Assembly (NCBI GenBank): GCA_964016885.1
Contig: OZ024740.1
Span: forward strand, 120,714,001 to 120,778,000
DNA: 64,000 nucleotides
Direction of reading: 5' to 3'
Source of the DNA: Eledone cirrhosa
Lineage: Eukaryota
Positions 59,142 to 64,000 of this stretch are shown piece after piece; positions within the stretch are counted from its first letter, which is position 1, and each line of letters starts with the position of its first letter. The notes beneath the pieces were generated by a model, which saw only the letters and a list, made by a program, of their open reading frames with translations, was not told the DNA's origin and did no database searches. A program made the position numbers and the translations under genes.

Positions 59142-59715
59142 CAGTTAGGTATATTTTTAAAAAAGGAAAAGAATGACTTCACTTATAGTTCTAAACAATT
59201 TAATTTAATTTTATAATATTATAATTTTACAATTTGGTTTGGTAGATCTAATAAGTTCTTTGTTAACTTCGGTGGGGAGATTTTTTAAAGATACTTGGTT
59301 AACTTTCCTGGAGAATTTTCTCACATTCGTCGGATAGGACTGATATAAATTCGATTGCTTTTCCACTTACTCAATGTTTTAAATTAACCAGTATCATCAA
59401 GATACCAAACAAAAGGAAAGCCCAGCGCACACTAATACGTTAAATAGTGATAAAAACGATTTTGTGTGGGTAGAGATTTCGATTCTCTGGCCCCGAACAA
59501 ATGCATTAGTTTCTGTTACTATATTTGCTAGTGACAACCCATATGGGACTGGCGTGTACAGAAGTTAAGCAATGCTATTAAACATTACGTAATTGACTAA
59601 GAGCAGCAGCATCAGCAATGAAATAACCTCTCGCAACAGGTCAATAAGACTCTACTTCAGTAAAATTCTACTTCGGTATGAGTACTCCTTCGTCTCAGCC
59701 GTCAACCACACACGG

Positions 59716-59783
<68 letters not shown>

Positions 59784-59851
59784 CATATATAGTGGTTGGA
59801 TCTATAAATCAATTAATAGTAATTCTATTATATATATATATATATATATAA

Positions 59852-59945
<94 letters not shown>

Positions 59946-60022
59946 TGGTAGCTAAGATGCTTCCATAGGTGGTATGCCGGTTGAGCACTCTATGCTCTTA
60001 CAGAGCAGAGTATGATAGAATA

Positions 60023-60252
60023 GAAAACGAAAAATCAGTGATGCGTCCGAAGTCAATTTATTGTGTGTTACAATTGTTTCGCCGGCGGACAGCTCGAGAC
60101 GCGATCATTGTGTGGATCTGTCTGATTCTGGACCCGCAGGTTCGACGGACACGTCTAATGATTTCGGAGCATATGCGGGTCCAGAATCATACAGATCCAC
60201 ACAATGATCGCGTCAATAAATTGAGTTCAGATGCATCACTGATTTTTCGTTT

Positions 60253-60254
<2 letters not shown>
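60023..60254. mobile_element. Fold-back palindrome with a degenerate HHR on the minus strand
   Basis: 60023-60138 pairs with 60174-60254. The right arm lacks the ~34 bp segment carrying GAAACAATTGTA. Confidence 0.85.
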
Positions 60255-60334
<80 letters not shown>

Positions 60335-60339
<5 letters not shown>

Positions 60340-61009
60340 TATGTACACGTACATACATATATGTATTGTCACTGTTGAACAAACGAGCAACGATGGTTGC
60401 TGGACACTACGGCTTAATACGGGATGTTTGTTTACAAAAACACCGAGCATTATAATAAATGTTCGGTGAATCCATACGTACATATATATAGGTGTGCATG
60501 TATGTATATATATATACATACTACTGTACGTCTGTATACATATATGTATGTACGTGTACATACTTATATTTAAGTAACAGCCGTACTAAGAGTGGGAAAT
60601 GAAATTTCGCTTCATTTTTTCCGTTTATCGTTTTCGGTGCACCCGGCTGATTAACCCACTCGATATGCAAATTGTGCTACTCAGCCGTTAATATGCATAA
60701 GGTAAGTATATACGTTCAACAATCTGCCAGGAAGGTATACGTTGCTGACGATAGCTAATAAGCTTGAAACTAGTACAGCGTTCCTTTGTCAGTGTTGAAC
60801 AAACGAGCAACGATGGTTGCTGGACACTACGGCTTAATACGGGATGTTTGTTTACAAATACACCGAGCATTATAATAAATGTTCGGTGAATCCATACGTA
60901 CATATATATATGTGTGCATGTATGTATATATATATATATATACATAGTACTGTACGTCTGTATACATATATGTATGTACGTGTACATACTTATATTTAAG
61001 TAACAGCCG
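60335..61009 (+). mobile_element. HHR element: inverted stub plus 1.5 tandem units (420 bp period)
   Basis: 60366-60583 is repeated at 60786-61009. 60335-60366 is the reverse complement of ~60535-60566. Confidence 0.9.
60739..60781 (+). ncRNA. Minimal type I hammerhead ribozyme (GUA site)
   Basis: ACGTTG-CTGACGA-t-AGCT aata AGCT-t-GAAA-CTAG-TA-CAGCGT. Confidence 0.9.
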
Positions 61010-61154
61010 TTTATATATATATATTTAAAGGTTAAACAAGGTTAAATGAATCAATCAATGAATAACGTTTTACAATAGATTAGAAGCACTCCACAGGGAA
61101 TGCCATGACTGAATTTTAACCATCTACTTAGTCAAGGTATGTCATGCATCATCT

Positions 61155-61221
61155 TATTTTATCTGATGAGGACGTACTGTTGAAGATAGCTCAGTACCTC
61201 TGAAATATGTATAATAAAATA
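61155..61221 (+). ncRNA. Type I hammerhead ribozyme
   Basis: TATTTTAT-CTGATGA-GGAC GTACTG...CAGTAC CTCT-GAAA-TATGTA-TA-ATAAAATA. Confidence 0.75.
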
Positions 61222-61274
61222 TACTTGATCACCCGAATGTCTATTTTCGTTAATATTTTGAATTAATATTCCAA

Positions 61275-61318
<44 letters not shown>

Positions 61319-62783
61319 TTGGAACGATCTGATCGACTAAACTTCTTGAAGGGTGTGCCCCAGGAACTAAGTGAAACCATTAACAGAATAAAAGAAATAA
61401 AAGAATGAATTAGAAAAAAAACATTAAACCCCAAAGTGGAAAGAAAACATAACGCACGCCCCCATACCAAGAGAAATTAATCCAACATGATTCGATACTC
61501 ATAGACAGATGCATATTCATGTATGCATATGTGTTCGGCATGCGTACATAGATACACGCCGTACATTGTATGTATGTGTGTGAAACTCCGTCAGTTCCAA
61601 AGACGAACGTATTAGTTGTTCGAACATCGGAACAAACTGCTCGTAAAATGAACGGGCAGGTGAGTGGGCATTCCACATACACACGTGCTCTTAACGCAGA
61701 TTCAGCATGAAATAGTGTGAGACAAAGTTGTATCTTTGCTTTTTATTTTTTCACCTGAGTGGTTTGAAACAACGTGAAATAAATTGCTTTGCTGAAGGAC
61801 ACAACACGCCGCCGGAATCGAGCGCATGACCTTACGGTACACACACACATATACAAGTATGCATATCCGTATATGTAGATGGACACACATGCGAGTACAG
61901 ATGTATAGTGTACGTTTACACATATACACATCTACACATACATGTAAGTTAGTGTTTATGTATGCTCGAAAGACTAGAAAACTATCTTCATTTACTTTCT
62001 CTTTTCGTTTAATCCAACCCTCTCTACATTCTCTTAAATTAATTAATTAATTTCTAATTAATCTATTTATTTGTTCATTCGTTCAATTCATTCATTCGTT
62101 TCTTCCATTCTCTTTCTCCATTCATTCATTCATGCATTTTTCATTTTTTCTCTCACTCTCAAATTTTATTTCTTGTTTTTTAATGCATCTCTCACCTCCT
62201 CTCTCTAATACACACACCACCCTTTTCTCTCCTCTCTCTCTCTCTCTGTCTATATATATACAAATAAATTATCGAGAATCGGAACTTCGGCCCACGAAAT
62301 AACGAAACACAATCTTCGAAATGTGTGGCAAAGTGCTCAATAGTTTGGATAAACCAGAGCTATAACTAACGTTTAATACCAACACACTATATATATATAT
62401 ATATATATACAAAGATCGGAATTAAAGTATTCCGCAGTTCACAATAATAATAATTGTTTCTAATTTTGACACAAGGCCAGCAATTATCACAGTGTATTAC
62501 TGGTACTTTATTTTTATCGACCCCATAAGGATGAAAAGCAAAGTTAACCTCGGCGGGATTTGAATAATAATAATAATAGCTCGAATAGTTCTCCATACAG
62601 TAACGGTTAAACCCACATGTAATAATTTTTTACACACATCTCACTGTGTAACACACTTCTCTCTGTGTAATACATTTGTATATATATATATTAATTAATT
62701 TTAAACCCTGCATATATGTTAAACCATTTTAAAACGGTTTACGCTTAACCGATAGTGTTAGTAGTCTCATTCACGCATCTATC

Positions 62784-62823
<40 letters not shown>

Positions 62824-62824
62824 T

Positions 62825-64000
62825 TGCTTTAAGTATCACTTTAGAAGGAGAATCAGGGTGGAGAGAGAGGCACTGCACCCCAGTAAATTTACTGAAAGGT
62901 GGGTGAATGAAGCGAAAATGGTCCGAGTGATTGGGCCTTCTCTGTTTATAAGCCTGTAGGTTGAGGAAGAGAGCAAAAGGAAGAAAGGACCACTTGCACA
63001 ACACGCTTCTTGAGTTGAGGGTTGTTCTATCGACGGGGTATTAAACAACCCATTTGTGGCGCCTCCCCCCTATTGGGGATTTCGATTGTTGAAATTGTTT
63101 GTTTTTATATTTTTTACACGACTGTATGTAAAATCCCCGGCATGTCTTTGTATTGTCCCCTTTTCTTGTTGCGCCCTTGTGGCTAATAAAGAGATCTATC
63201 TATCTATCTATTTGCACATTTTGGAAGAAGAATCAGGATGGAGAGAGAGGTGCTGTACCCCAGCAAATTTTATAAAAGGTGGGTGAATGTGGCAAAGATG
63301 GTCCGAGTGGTTGGGCCTTCTCTCTATATAAGCCTGTAGGTTGAGGAAAAAGGGGAAGAGAGGAAGGGAGTACTCACTCTTGGTGCTCCTGGAGATGAGG
63401 GTTGTACATATTTTCGGGGTGTGTACAACCCCTCTGTAACGCCTCCCTCCTATTGGGGATATCAATTGTTATTTGTTATTTTATTAATAGTTTTATTTTC
63501 ATATACCTGTATGTAAACTCCCCATTTGTATTTGTCCCCTTCTTTTGTGCCCTTGTGGCTAATAAAGAAATTTATCTATCTATTTGCAGATTTTTTCGGG
63601 GGTATGCGTTTCCCATATGTAATGTCTCCTCCTATTGGGGAAAATCGATTGTTTTTTAAATTGCATTTGTAATAGTATTTTACACGTTTTTATTGTGTGT
63701 AAGCTTCCCCCTTTGTATTTGTCCTCTTCTTTTGTGCCCCTGTGGCTAATAAAGAAACATATCTATCTATCTATCTATCTCTTTTTTTCAAATACCACTT
63801 TGGAAGAAGAATCAGGATGGAGAGAGAGGTGCTGTACCACAGCAAGTTTTATGAAAGGTGGGTGAAAGTGGCGAGAATGGACCGAGTGAATGGGCCTTCT
63901 CTCTATATCAGCCTGTAGGTTGAGGAAAAGGAGGAGGATAGGAAAGGAGTACAAACTCTTCGTACTCCTGGAGATGAAGGTTGCACATTTTTTCGGGGGT
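62825..64000 (+). mobile_element. Tandem array of 5'-truncated L1/Tx1-like LINE 3' ends separated by (CTAT)n
   Basis: Three units encode FKYHF(R/G)RRIR(V/M)ERE.L..SKF..RWV..A.M.RV.GPSL.ISL*, then a UTR ending TGTGGCTAATAAAGA-(CTAT)n. A fourth, shorter UTR-only unit lies at ~63586-63780. Confidence 0.7.

Overview
This is an AT-rich, repeat-saturated eukaryotic non-coding window. The SINE/LINE repertoire and (TA)n density suggest an octopus or other coleoid cephalopod (inference). I can support no host protein-coding gene: nearly all listed ORFs are translations of (TA)n, (CA)n or trinucleotide repeats. Recognisable elements are decayed RTE, R4/Dong-like, CRE-like and Tx1-like LINE fragments, a Penelope-like element (RT + GIY-YIG), an Hsmar2-like mariner deletion derivative, many tRNA-type SINEs, minisatellites and a 200-N gap. 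The main hidden structure is RNA-level. About 18 near-canonical and several degenerate type I hammerhead ribozyme (HHR) motifs (CUGANGA...GAAA...UH) lie in short non-coding elements inserted in (TA)n tracts. These elements form long fold-back palindromes, tandem 310-520 bp monomers, or both. In several cases the inversion or truncation junction lies within about 2-17 nt of the family's predicted self-cleavage site. This suggests a dense population of non-autonomous, ribozyme-processed Penelope/retrozyme-like elements. All ribozyme calls come from manual motif and base-pairing inspection; no searches or folding programs were run.
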